Shown here: piece by piece, positions 18,102 through 27,479 of the stretch
How positions within the stretch are numbered: position 1 is the first letter of the stretch
Layout: every line of letters begins with the position of its first letter
Assembly: GCA_016217965.1 (NCBI GenBank)
Contig: JACRFI010000016.1
Span: 129,837 to 193,836, forward strand
Direction: 5' to 3'
Source of the DNA: Candidatus Kaiserbacteria bacterium
GTDB taxonomy: Bacteria > Patescibacteriota > Minisyncoccia > Phycocordibacterales > UBA2100
Length of the DNA: 64,000 nt
Notes under the pieces: model-generated
Told to the model about the DNA's origin: nothing
Databases searched by the model: none
The model's input: the letters and a program-made list of their open reading frames with translations, nothing else
Translations under genes and position numbers: made by a program

Positions 18102-20387
18102 ATGGCTCGGAATCCTCTTGAGGTGAACACTCGTACACAAATAAATACTCGCCTCCAGAACCTGGGATGGATCGTTAATCACCGCGATTCAAAATGCAAT
18201 GTATACCAGGAACAAGCAAAAACGACCGAACAGAACTCCAAATTTTTAGGTGGCAGACCAGACTACGTCCTGTATGAATCGGGCACAGATCGCCCCATTG
18301 CGGTTATCGAGGCAAAGAAGCCCGGTGAGGATCTTGATAAGGCACTAGAACAAGCCGTTGAGCGTTATGCTAAGCCCATCCAAGCGCCCCTAGCGTTCGC
18401 CTTTAACGACACTTTCGTGACTGCCCATCACGTTCTACAAGGTCGAAGTCTCAAAATTGACGGCGAGGAACTGCAAGATTTTATCGATCAACTGACGGCA
18501 CTCCGCTTCGTTAATGAGGGCGCGGAGATACTCTCGGCTCCGAAGGGTATTAATTTTACTCGCGATGAACTCGTTGATATCTTCAAGCGAGTAAACAAAC
18601 TTCTTCGCAAAGAAGGTTTACGCGATGGTTATGAACGCTTCTCTGCGTTTGCCGAAATCCTGTTCCTAAAATTGATCGACGAATTCGAGCGACTCAGCGT
18701 GCACAAAGGAGATGAGCAACGTTTTGAGGAACGATATCTTTGGGGGAACTTCGTGCATCGTTTTAAGAATGACGACAAGGCGCTTCTTGATTTCATCGGC
18801 GACTCCGTATGGAGCAAGCTTCGCAACGAATATGGAGATATATTCGATACGCCTTTCAGTGTTAAAAAGCCGGCTACACTACGTTCAATCATTGATCTTA
18901 TTGACCCCATCAATCTCACAGCGACTGATACCGATATAAAAGGAGACGCTTTTGAATATTTTCTTAAAACGGTTACCAACGGCAACAAGGACCTGGGGGA
19001 ATACTTTACTCCTCGTCACGTCGTTAGAACGATGGTGAATCTGGTGAAGCCCGTATATGGAGAGACCGTATACGATCCTTTCTGCGGTACCGGAGGGTTC
19101 CTGCTTGAAGCTTTCAAATATCTCTCACTACGTGCGGATACGTCCAAACCGGAGATATTAAAGTGGATCAAGCACCAAGCGCTCCACGGTCGTGAGATCA
19201 CCTCTACGGCGCGGATTACGCGCATGAACATGATTTTGTTTGGTGATGGGCACACGAATATAAAACAAATGGATAGCTTAGAGCATCCGGTACACGGTAA
19301 ATACGATATCGTCCTTTCGAACATACCATATTCACAAGAAACGGAGTACGGTTCTCTCTATTCGATCCCTACGACTAATGCCGATTCCGTTTGTATGCAG
19401 CATATTTGGGACTCTCTAGCGCCGGGTGGTAGGGCTGCGGTTGTTGTACCAGAAAGTTTCTTGTATGAGGGCGGTGTTATAGGACAAACACGGGAGATGA
19501 TCGCAAGGCAGGCAGAAAAACTCTCAATAATTTCACTTCCTCGCGGTGTCTTCATGCCCTATACACCCACCAAGACCAATATCGTTTATTTTAAAAAAGG
19601 TGGTCAGTTTAAAAACGCGTTTTTCTTTGTGATTCACAACGATGGTTTTGAGCTAAACACGAAACGCAAACCTATTACAGGCGACAGCGATATCAAAAAG
19701 TTTTTGAGCGAAGTCGACAATCCTTCTCAAATAAAAGGTCAGGCAAACATCGTGGAACGAGAAACTATAGAAAAAAGCGGTGATTGGAATCTGCGTCCCT
19801 TCTACTACATGGAGGACATCCCGGACGTGGAAGGCGATATGGTCTACTTGGATGACAAGATTATTGAGGAGATAAGCGAACGTACCGATCCTGGAGAGTC
19901 GCCGGATCAAGATTGGAACATACTTGAAGTCTCTCAAAATGGGATCTTTCTCGGCGATACAATAAAAGGTAGTGAGGCAACCCAGTCGTATAAGCGGGTA
20001 AAAACAGGAGATATTGTGTACAACCCATACCGGGTCAATATCGGGAGTATCGGAGTAGTCCCTGCATATCTTGATGGTGCTCTTGCAAGCCCAGCCTATG
20101 TGGTTGTGAGGGCGAAAGATAAACGTTTTCCTCCGACATTCATTGTCTCAGTGTTGAAGCACTCTCGTTATCTTCGAGTCATCATGAACTATTCGATCTC
20201 ATCGGCACGCGCGAGCTTACCATTTCAGGAGCTCACGCGAATAAAGATGCCCCGTCCTACCGATAAGGAGCTCAAAAGGCTGGCTGATTTGGAACGAGAG
20301 CTTAATGACCAACTCAGCCTTGCAAACCGGACTGCCGCTGATATTAAAGGTTACGTCGCTGACGCTGTGAAGATTAAAGGCGACTAA
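18102..20387 (+). CDS. Single-chain Type IIG-like restriction-modification enzyme (PD-(D/E)xK nuclease + HsdM-like N6-adenine MTase + HsdS-like TRD)
   Basis: N-terminal PDYVLY...IAVIEAKKP nuclease motif; MTase motifs GEYFTPRHVV, DPFCGTGGFL (motif I) and NIPYS (motif IV, NPPY-like); C-terminal specificity-domain-like region. ATG at 18102 is preceded by a TATAAT-like box. Confidence 0.65.
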   Translation: MARNPLEVNTRTQINTRLQNLGWIVNHRDSKCNVYQEQAKTTEQNSKFLGGRPDYVLYESGTDRPIAVIEAKKPGEDLDKALEQAVERYAKPIQAPLAFAFNDTFVTAHHVLQGRSLKIDGEELQDFIDQLTALRFVNEGAEILSAPKGINFTRDELVDIFKRVNKLLRKEGLRDGYERFSAFAEILFLKLIDEFERLSVHKGDEQRFEERYLWGNFVHRFKNDDKALLDFIGDSVWSKLRNEYGDIFDTPFSVKKPATLRSIIDLIDPINLTATDTDIKGDAFEYFLKTVTNGNKDLGEYFTPRHVVRTMVNLVKPVYGETVYDPFCGTGGFLLEAFKYLSLRADTSKPEILKWIKHQALHGREITSTARITRMNMILFGDGHTNIKQMDSLEHPVHGKYDIVLSNIPYSQETEYGSLYSIPTTNADSVCMQHIWDSLAPGGRAAVVVPESFLYEGGVIGQTREMIARQAEKLSIISLPRGVFMPYTPTKTNIVYFKKGGQFKNAFFFVIHNDGFELNTKRKPITGDSDIKKFLSEVDNPSQIKGQANIVERETIEKSGDWNLRPFYYMEDIPDVEGDMVYLDDKIIEEISERTDPGESPDQDWNILEVSQNGIFLGDTIKGSEATQSYKRVKTGDIVYNPYRVNIGSIGVVPAYLDGALASPAYVVVRAKDKRFPPTFIVSVLKHSRYLRVIMNYSISSARASLPFQELTRIKMPRPTDKELKRLADLERELNDQLSLANRTAADIKGYVADAVKIKGD

Positions 20388-20468
20388 ACTTTGCAAGATC
20401 GGGAATGCTCAAATAACCCTTATATTCTCGTATTTTGGTTCCAACAGCGTCTCGAATATCGCGCCAAT

Positions 20469-20501
20469 GTCAAAATCGGATGCTAAATGGCATCCGATTT
20501 T
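20469..20501. terminator. Bidirectional rho-independent terminator between convergent genes
   Basis: Perfect hairpin CAAAATCGGATGC-taaat-GGCATCCGATTTTG with T-runs on both strands. Confidence 0.6.
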
Positions 20502-20504
20502 GCG

Positions 20505-21347
20505 TTAGGGCTGGCAGGTGGGGCAGTAGTAGGAGAAGTGGGAACCAGTAACTTGGGGATATAGTTTTACCTGTGAAGTGGAAAGTCCTGAACTAATGAG
20601 TGATTCATATAGGGCTTGGTTGTTGGTCTCGAATACCAGCTTTGCGCCGTTATTATTTCCTGCAGCGAGCGCGGCTTTCACTTTTTCCGGCGTGTATGCG
20701 CGGTCGGGAAATCCTATGTCAACGCACGTGCAATTCGCGTGGCATACATTCGTGTGTCCCACGGTGCTGGGGCAGCCTTCGGTAACCTGCCAGTCGAGGC
20801 TTCCCGCGGCACTGCAATATCCCTGGAGGCTTTTCTCAATATCAGGTTTCAGTTGTGTGCCAACCCCTGGCTTGAAAGGGATTTTTCCGTCTTTGCATTG
20901 TCCGCTCGCAAGCGGCGAACTGGTCGCAGTACTCTGTTTTCCAGTTTGTTGATTTGCGCCGAAGCTCGACCCGACGCCTGGGCGGTATTCAATGAGGCGG
21001 GCTTGCACAGTTCCGCTTGCTGCTGCGCAAGATCCGTACGAGCTAGCAGCGCCGAGCACGTAGCCAAAGAGGCCTGGGCACCCGTACGCATAGCATCTCG
21101 TGCCTACCGGCGTCATCACGATGTATTGCCCACTACGCGGTGGCCCGACCGTAATAAGGTATGCATTTAGTGGTGTTTTGCACGGTTCAACTTTGATGAC
21201 TCTGCCGCCGAACGGAAAGGATGTGATTGCATTCGCCACGTTTGCGCCAGAATGTCCTGTTAGATACGGAGTTGCAAGAAATAGCGAGAAAAGAAGGAAT
21301 ACGGCAAGCAGAGAGTACGCAGTAATTGCACGGAATGAACTGCCCAT
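20505..21347 (-). CDS. Cys-rich secreted/membrane-anchored hypothetical protein
   Basis: Internal start MGSSFRAITAYSLLAVFLLFSLFLA (signal/anchor); many Cys and Gly; no known motif. Confidence 0.45.
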   Translation of the reverse strand: MGSSFRAITAYSLLAVFLLFSLFLATPYLTGHSGANVANAITSFPFGGRVIKVEPCKTPLNAYLITVGPPRSGQYIVMTPVGTRCYAYGCPGLFGYVLGAASSYGSCAAASGTVQARLIEYRPGVGSSFGANQQTGKQSTATSSPLASGQCKDGKIPFKPGVGTQLKPDIEKSLQGYCSAAGSLDWQVTEGCPSTVGHTNVCHANCTCVDIGFPDRAYTPEKVKAALAAGNNNGAKLVFETNNQALYESLISSGLSTSQVKLYPQVTGSHFSYYCPTCQP

Positions 21348-21416
21348 CTTCAAAATACTAACACGCACGTGCGCGTATAACGCGCCGGTGCGCATACGGA
21401 TGCTACGATTGCGAGG

Positions 21417-24400
21417 ATGGCAAGGCTCGAAGAAACAGAGGTGCATAGCCTGGAACGCGTGCGGGGAGCGCGAGATACGATAGTCAAAAAGCTAGAATGG
21501 ATGCGTAGAGAAGCAGCTGCATCTACGAACGAAATAAAGTTGCCACACCCATACATTGAGGTTTTGGATGATTGCGTCGCAAAGCTGAAGCGGCTTGACG
21601 AAATTAACCTGAAAAACATACAACAAGTCCTTTCACGCCATGAGGATGTACTTGGCCCGCAGATTGTTCATCTCGAGAAGGACCTTGGCCTCAAGTTAAT
21701 GCTGCGAGAATCTGAATATAAGGCCTTAGTGCAAAGCCGATGTGCGGACGCCATCAATTCGGCGCTATGTTTTGAAAAAAGAGGAGGCGATTTTCTCTTA
21801 TCAGTTATTCCGTCCATGAAGAACGTAGAATCTCGAACTGAGCGAGAATTGAGAGAACTTCACGATAGGCTTTTGTTAAAAGGCTACTCTTCCTCTGATG
21901 CAGCAATGGTATACGTGATGTTTGCGTGCCTTAGCGCGCATACTCCTGTTGCTGAAGGTTTGTCTAACGATGAAGTGCTTCTCGATACTTTGTCGCGCAT
22001 CGTTGAAAATCATACGAAACTTGATCCGGCTATTGTCAGAGAAGAAGGGGAGCGAGGAAGTTTTTTCAAGAAATTGTCACATTGCATAAGCGTCTATGCA
22101 GATATTACACAGGAAGTAATAAGACGTGCACCTCGTACGGGAATGAAGATACAACAAAAGGCTACCAAGGCGCTGTCACTGATCTTGCAGGAGTTTGAAC
22201 AGGAACCGCCGCGACGTCGAAAGAAAGACGTATCAACAGAGCCGTTTGATATTGCGCAGCGAGTGATCCGACGCTCCAAACTCGAGGATAATCCGTGGTT
22301 AACAAGTTCTCTGAAGGATACGCCGTTTGACGACGCGCAGTTTTGGAAGTTGTTTGCTCCCGATGCACATACAAGTTTGTTGGCCGAATCAATCGTGGGG
22401 CTCAATAATTATCAAGCGGGGTTATTGGCTCATCGTGCGCGCGATTTGTATAACATTGTTTCAGGAGCCATTTATTCAAAACGAAAACTTTCAGATGAAA
22501 GGCGTCAACAGTGTGAGCAGCTTGTAGCGGACTTTTTCAAGGCATTTCCGGGGATGCGCAAAGGACGGTCTATAGAATCTGAGGATTTGATTGACTGGCT
22601 TGAAGAGATCAGGCGACTCGAAGTGTGGCCCACGGCAGAAGAGTTGCGCCAAAGAGGCCACATTCATCCCATTGCAACACTGCTCAGGATCATTAGCCCA
22701 GAAAAGATTGTCGCCGACGATTCAAAACGGCAAGAATTTCTCAGATATTTTCGAGATCTCAAAATTCCTGAGGTGCCAAAATCTGACAGCGATTCAATAC
22801 AGAAAACGCATAGAAAAATATCTATCATTGCAGAATCGATACGTGCGGCTCTCGATGAAAGCAGCCCGTCTCTCAATGTGCCACTTATAGATGCGCCCGG
22901 CGATAAATCTTTGAGAACGATACTAACCGAATTTGCAGCAAACTTTGACCAGGATATCCGAGATTATGGACCCTACATCCATCTAAATAGCACCACAGCT
23001 CCGGTGGAGCCTCTCTATACGCCCATTGATATAAAAGACATGAGCCTGGAGGCGATGGAGCATCTTAAGCAGGATTTCGATACTGCAGGGATCGGATACC
23101 CGAGAGCGTGGATACAGGCAGCCGCAAAGGTCATGTGCAGAAGATATGGATACGAACGAACGAAAGAATACGCAAAAGCGGCAGTACGCGGATACCATGG
23201 CACGGGTGGTCCAAGTGATCCCTATGAAATCACGTTTTATCGGAGCGCAACGGGAGCAATTGCTGACGTTGTTGGAAATTTACTGCGACTGCAGGAGGGG
23301 AATCGAGTCATGATTACAAATCAAGAGTTTGACGGCATTACAAAGCAATTTACGAAGCATACGAAGAGGATGTTCGGGAAAGAAGATGTTATAGAAATGA
23401 ATGATCGAAACAGTGGCAGGTCGCTTGAAGTTGATGAGCTTTTTGAACAATACCGAGCAAAGATAGGGGAGGATAAAACACTGTGGCCGAGGGCGATACT
23501 AATGAGCACGAAAACAAGATACGGTGACGCGTTCTGCGCGGGCGAAGGCACGAAGCCGAATATCGTGCGAATGCGCAAACTCATCTCTTTACTCAAGGAA
23601 ACGTATCCAGAAATTCCTATTTTTGTCGACGCATGCCAAAGTTTTGGTCGAAACGATGAAGGTGAAAATAATCTCAAACAACTTGGTTGCGACGTGTATT
23701 TCACAAGCGGCGGAAAAGCCATGGGAACACCAGAAGCTGCTACCCTCATTTTGCGGACGAAATATCCGGAAGGGCAGCCACATTGGCTTAGTTGGTTAAA
23801 GGGAGAAAGTCCAATGGACATGCTATTACCTGGCGATGGGACGGATAACATTGAATCCATTGCGGCGCTTGGAATTGCAATGGAAATGCAATCTGGAAGA
23901 GTGGATACATGGAGGCTTACGCCTATACAAAAAAATAGGTCTTTGCGTGATTCTGTTACGGAGCACAATCGTAAAATGACCGAGTACTTCATACAGACTG
24001 CTGAGGCGTATCACATGGACCTCTTTACTGACCCCAACTTTCCTCGAGTGAATTGGGGTGTGGAGCTTCGAGACGATCCTAAACACGCGGAACAGTTCGG
24101 CTGCCACGTTGTGTATCCGGTGCACCGCGTTCGAGAACAGTATAACTTTGTAGAAGTGACATTCCCGAACATTGGCTACCTTGAGACCGCGTCCAGAAAG
24201 ATCGGGAAGGGCAAGGAAGAAATAGGTGATGACGACTTAATAGAGGATTCGAACACAAATCTTGAAATGAAAACCAGGACAAGATATTTTGAACAGAAAC
24301 TTAGCGCGAAAGGGTTCAATGCACTACATAGACTCCACAAGGATAAACACGGTATTCGTTTCTCTTTTAATTTGGCGCAAGATACAGGCGATATCGACGC

Positions 24401-24530
24401 GCTTTTCAAAGCGATTCGAGAGATTCATATTGAATATCTGAAAGATCGAATTGAGGTCAAAAAGATCAGGACATTCGGGGAATTATGCGAGGGTACCCTT
24501 AATGTTCCTTCTGAATGGATGCCGAATTAG
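21417..24530 (+). CDS. Large (1037 aa) protein: unknown ~560-aa N-terminal region fused to a PLP-dependent aminotransferase class V-fold domain
   Basis: The C-terminal half matches the class V fold pattern (...ITFYRSATGAIADVV..., IFVDACQSFG, DVYFTSGGKAMG with a Lys equivalent to the SGHK PLP-lysine). The N-terminal half has no recognisable motif. Confidence 0.5.
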   Translation: MARLEETEVHSLERVRGARDTIVKKLEWMRREAAASTNEIKLPHPYIEVLDDCVAKLKRLDEINLKNIQQVLSRHEDVLGPQIVHLEKDLGLKLMLRESEYKALVQSRCADAINSALCFEKRGGDFLLSVIPSMKNVESRTERELRELHDRLLLKGYSSSDAAMVYVMFACLSAHTPVAEGLSNDEVLLDTLSRIVENHTKLDPAIVREEGERGSFFKKLSHCISVYADITQEVIRRAPRTGMKIQQKATKALSLILQEFEQEPPRRRKKDVSTEPFDIAQRVIRRSKLEDNPWLTSSLKDTPFDDAQFWKLFAPDAHTSLLAESIVGLNNYQAGLLAHRARDLYNIVSGAIYSKRKLSDERRQQCEQLVADFFKAFPGMRKGRSIESEDLIDWLEEIRRLEVWPTAEELRQRGHIHPIATLLRIISPEKIVADDSKRQEFLRYFRDLKIPEVPKSDSDSIQKTHRKISIIAESIRAALDESSPSLNVPLIDAPGDKSLRTILTEFAANFDQDIRDYGPYIHLNSTTAPVEPLYTPIDIKDMSLEAMEHLKQDFDTAGIGYPRAWIQAAAKVMCRRYGYERTKEYAKAAVRGYHGTGGPSDPYEITFYRSATGAIADVVGNLLRLQEGNRVMITNQEFDGITKQFTKHTKRMFGKEDVIEMNDRNSGRSLEVDELFEQYRAKIGEDKTLWPRAILMSTKTRYGDAFCAGEGTKPNIVRMRKLISLLKETYPEIPIFVDACQSFGRNDEGENNLKQLGCDVYFTSGGKAMGTPEAATLILRTKYPEGQPHWLSWLKGESPMDMLLPGDGTDNIESIAALGIAMEMQSGRVDTWRLTPIQKNRSLRDSVTEHNRKMTEYFIQTAEAYHMDLFTDPNFPRVNWGVELRDDPKHAEQFGCHVVYPVHRVREQYNFVEVTFPNIGYLETASRKIGKGKEEIGDDDLIEDSNTNLEMKTRTRYFEQKLSAKGFNALHRLHKDKHGIRFSFNLAQDTGDIDALFKAIREIHIEYLKDRIEVKKIRTFGELCEGTLNVPSEWMPN

Positions 24531-24542
24531 ACCGTTGCCTTT

Positions 24543-25373
24543 TTGACCGCACAGGCGTACTGTGGCGCTATGTTGCGAGAGGTATTAGAACGCATCGGCC
24601 TCAGCTCCCGAGAGGCGACCGTGTATTTGGCGTGTTTGAAACTTGGTACGCAAGATATAAAGACACTCAGCAAAGAGACGAAGATCTCGCCGGCAACAGT
24701 GAGTATCATTCTGACCAATCTGCTTGACCGGGGATTTGTGAGTAAGTTCGCACGCGAAAAAGATTTCTTCACGCCAGAGCAACCAACGGTTCTCGTAAAG
24801 ATATTAGAGAACAGTAAATTTAAGTTGGAAGAGGGGATTCTGCATTTCAAAAAGCATTTGCCGCACTTCGAGGATTACATGAATCCGTCTTTCACGAAAC
24901 CGGAGATCGCTTTCTACGAAGGAAAGGCGGGGATGATAGCCGCGTATGAAGATACGCTCACGAGCAAAACACCGATCCTCGCACTCACGTCCATCGATAA
25001 GACCGAGTCGATACTCTCGGATTATGTCCCGAAATATTACAAGCGTAGGAAGGCAGCAAACATTCCGATAAAAGCAATATTTCCCGATTCAAAAATGGCA
25101 CGTGCGAGGCAGAAAAAAGACAAAGACGAACTCAGAACGAGCCGACTTCTTCCCCAAGCGATGCTCAATATTGAGATCGAGACGAATATCTACGAGGATA
25201 AAGTAGCGTTTTTCTCGATTCCTGAGACACTTGCTGTGATCGTGAAGAGCAAATTGATTGCGGAAAGCATGCGACAGATGTTTAACTTGTCGTGGAATAT
25301 GGCGCAGTTCTACGATGCGCAGCACGAAGATTTGGGAGAGATTGCCCTTCCTGCGAAAAAGAAAAAGGCCTAG
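24543..25373 (+). CDS. TrmB-like HTH transcriptional regulator
   Basis: N-terminal LERIGLSSREATVYLACLKLGTQDIKTLSKETKISPATVSIILTNLLDRGFV matches the TrmB-type winged helix. Confidence 0.55.
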   Translation: MTAQAYCGAMLREVLERIGLSSREATVYLACLKLGTQDIKTLSKETKISPATVSIILTNLLDRGFVSKFAREKDFFTPEQPTVLVKILENSKFKLEEGILHFKKHLPHFEDYMNPSFTKPEIAFYEGKAGMIAAYEDTLTSKTPILALTSIDKTESILSDYVPKYYKRRKAANIPIKAIFPDSKMARARQKKDKDELRTSRLLPQAMLNIEIETNIYEDKVAFFSIPETLAVIVKSKLIAESMRQMFNLSWNMAQFYDAQHEDLGEIALPAKKKKA

Positions 25374-25379
25374 GTGCCG

Positions 25380-26279
25380 CTACTTCTTGTAATCTGCGTG
25401 GTTCGCGAGGCCTGATTCAGCGACGAGGTCCATATCGAAAGAGCGTATCTGGAATTCTATCGGAATGTTCTTTAGACAACGCAACACCGTGTGGATGCTG
25501 CGGTAGCCGTTCTCCTTCGGTCTTTTGATGTAATCCTTGTATCGATCCTTATATGTAGGCCAGAGGCGGTCCAGCGCTTCGTGCGCAAGGTAGCAGTCTC
25601 TTTTTGTTTTCGTCAAAATGCGGAAACCGTGAATATCGTAAATGTCATTAATGCTCTTTTTCTTTATATGTATTTTTCTATACACACCGTATACGTTCTT
25701 TTGTCTGTTGCGAATCTCGAAATTCTTGATTCCTGCCGTCAGAAGTGCCTGCCCAAGGATGCCATGAATATCCGATATCAGTCTTGCATCTGTTTGCATC
25801 TTTTTCTGTACAACTGAGCGAAATAGCTTGTAGTTCTCGCAATCGAAATTCTTGAATATCGCATCTTCCATGTGGTATCGGATCTGCCATAACCCGTATC
25901 GCTCCGCGATCGCAACCCACAGTTTATAGCTATCCTTCGGCAGCAGTACTTTTCTTCCTTCGAGATCAAAAAGTATCTCGATGAGAGTGGCTGTCACAGC
26001 GCGGGATTTCTTCGGATCAAATGAGTCCGAGAACTTTTCCGGATGCTTGAATACGGCAAGGACTTTTTTCTTTAGGATCATTATTGGACTCTCTGATTTT
26101 TTGAGCACGCGATGTGCCCGGGTGTCGCGAGGAGTAAGAAATGCGAACCAAATGTTATCCGGCAGTACGAGACTGGTGTCGGATTCGAGCAACCGTTTAT
26201 ATTCTAACTTCTGGTCCAATTCTTTTTGGAGAGGCTTCGGGAAACGCCGTACATATGCATGATACGGGTCTACTCGCAT
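25380..26279 (-). CDS. RelA/SpoT-homolog synthetase-domain protein (small alarmone synthetase-like)
   Basis: The C-terminal 150 aa match the (p)ppGpp synthetase core: YGVYRKIHIKKKSINDIYDIHGFRIL..CYLAHEALDRLW..YKDYIKRPKENGYRSIHTVL..EFQIRSFDMDLVAESG. The N-terminal 150 aa are unassigned. The gene is AT-rich. Confidence 0.65.
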   Translation of the reverse strand: MRVDPYHAYVRRFPKPLQKELDQKLEYKRLLESDTSLVLPDNIWFAFLTPRDTRAHRVLKKSESPIMILKKKVLAVFKHPEKFSDSFDPKKSRAVTATLIEILFDLEGRKVLLPKDSYKLWVAIAERYGLWQIRYHMEDAIFKNFDCENYKLFRSVVQKKMQTDARLISDIHGILGQALLTAGIKNFEIRNRQKNVYGVYRKIHIKKKSINDIYDIHGFRILTKTKRDCYLAHEALDRLWPTYKDRYKDYIKRPKENGYRSIHTVLRCLKNIPIEFQIRSFDMDLVAESGLANHADYKK

Positions 26280-26339
26280 AGGGTGATGCCCTATGTGTAC
26301 TCCTCACCACGTTGGCAGTCAATTGTCTTGAGTTGAGGA

Positions 26340-27479
26340 TCAGAGGTCGCCGTTTTGTATCTTTTTTCGCAATAGGCGCGCTTGTTCGTTAAAGAAGTAG
26401 AGGTTGTGGTACGAGGCAAGCTTCATGCCGGAGAGTTCACTGGCTCGCAAGAGATGGGAGATGTAGCTGCGTGAATATGTTTGGCACACGCCGCATTTGC
26501 ACGAAGGGTCCAGCGGTTTTTTATCCTTCAGGAATTTTGGTTTCCGGATGTCGATGCGTCCTCGAGACGTGAAAATTGTGCCGCGGCGCGCATAGTGTGT
26601 GGGGGCAATGCAGTCAAATGTGTCCATTCCAGCTTTTGCGAGAGGCTGGAAATCTTCCGGGTGTCCTACGCCAAGTGCGTGCCGCGGACGGTCACTTGGA
26701 AGTGTGTCCACAACCCAGCCCATCAGTTTCCCCATCATTGTTTTGTCGTACCCGAATTCTCCGCCGACCGCGAATCCTTCAAAGGGCAGGGAGCCAATGG
26801 CGCGTGCGCTTTCGATACGCAATTCCTTGAATGCGCCGCCTTGTACGATGCCGTACATAGCTTGCAGCTTCGAGCTTCTAGCTTCTAGGCACATGCGTGC
26901 CCAGCGGTGCGTCTTTTGTATAGAGGCAAGCATGTACTCTTTCGTTGCGGCAGGAGATACGCATTCGTCGAACGCGAAGATCATGTCAGCGCCTAATTTT
27001 TCCTGTATACGTATCGAAGTTTTTGGGCTGAGGTAATGTTCTTTTCCGTCGATGGGGGAGCGGAAGTGTACGCCGTCTTCTGTAATTCGTACGCTTTTTG
27101 GTTGCGAGCGCTCCTCAACTGTTTCTCCAATAGGTTTCCTCAGCATTTTTCCTATGCCGTGGTCGGAACCGAATCCAAGGCTGTATACCTGGAACCCTCC
27201 CGAATCAGTCATTAAAGGCCTCTTCCATTTCATGAAGCCATGGATGCCTCCCATTTTCTTGACGACATTCTCTCCTGGGGTGAGTGCAAGATGGTACGTG
27301 TTGCAGATAAGAAGCTGAGAGCCGGCCTCCGCGATCTCCTCGCTATCCAGTGTGCGTACGGTTGCGCGTGTCGCGACAGGCACGAATGCAGGCGTTTCTA
27401 TCTCTCCGTGTGGTGTTCGGACCACACCCACTCTCGCACGCGAGTGTTTGGATCTTTTAAGTATCTCGAAGGAAAACAT
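26340..27479 (-). CDS. tgt: Queuine tRNA-ribosyltransferase (tRNA-guanine transglycosylase)
   Basis: 379 aa; typical Tgt N-terminus (RARVGVVRTPHGEIETPAFVPVAT), catalytic Asp region, and C-terminal Zn site CKCGVCQ...H. Confidence 0.9.
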   Translation of the reverse strand: MFSFEILKRSKHSRARVGVVRTPHGEIETPAFVPVATRATVRTLDSEEIAEAGSQLLICNTYHLALTPGENVVKKMGGIHGFMKWKRPLMTDSGGFQVYSLGFGSDHGIGKMLRKPIGETVEERSQPKSVRITEDGVHFRSPIDGKEHYLSPKTSIRIQEKLGADMIFAFDECVSPAATKEYMLASIQKTHRWARMCLEARSSKLQAMYGIVQGGAFKELRIESARAIGSLPFEGFAVGGEFGYDKTMMGKLMGWVVDTLPSDRPRHALGVGHPEDFQPLAKAGMDTFDCIAPTHYARRGTIFTSRGRIDIRKPKFLKDKKPLDPSCKCGVCQTYSRSYISHLLRASELSGMKLASYHNLYFFNEQARLLRKKIQNGDL

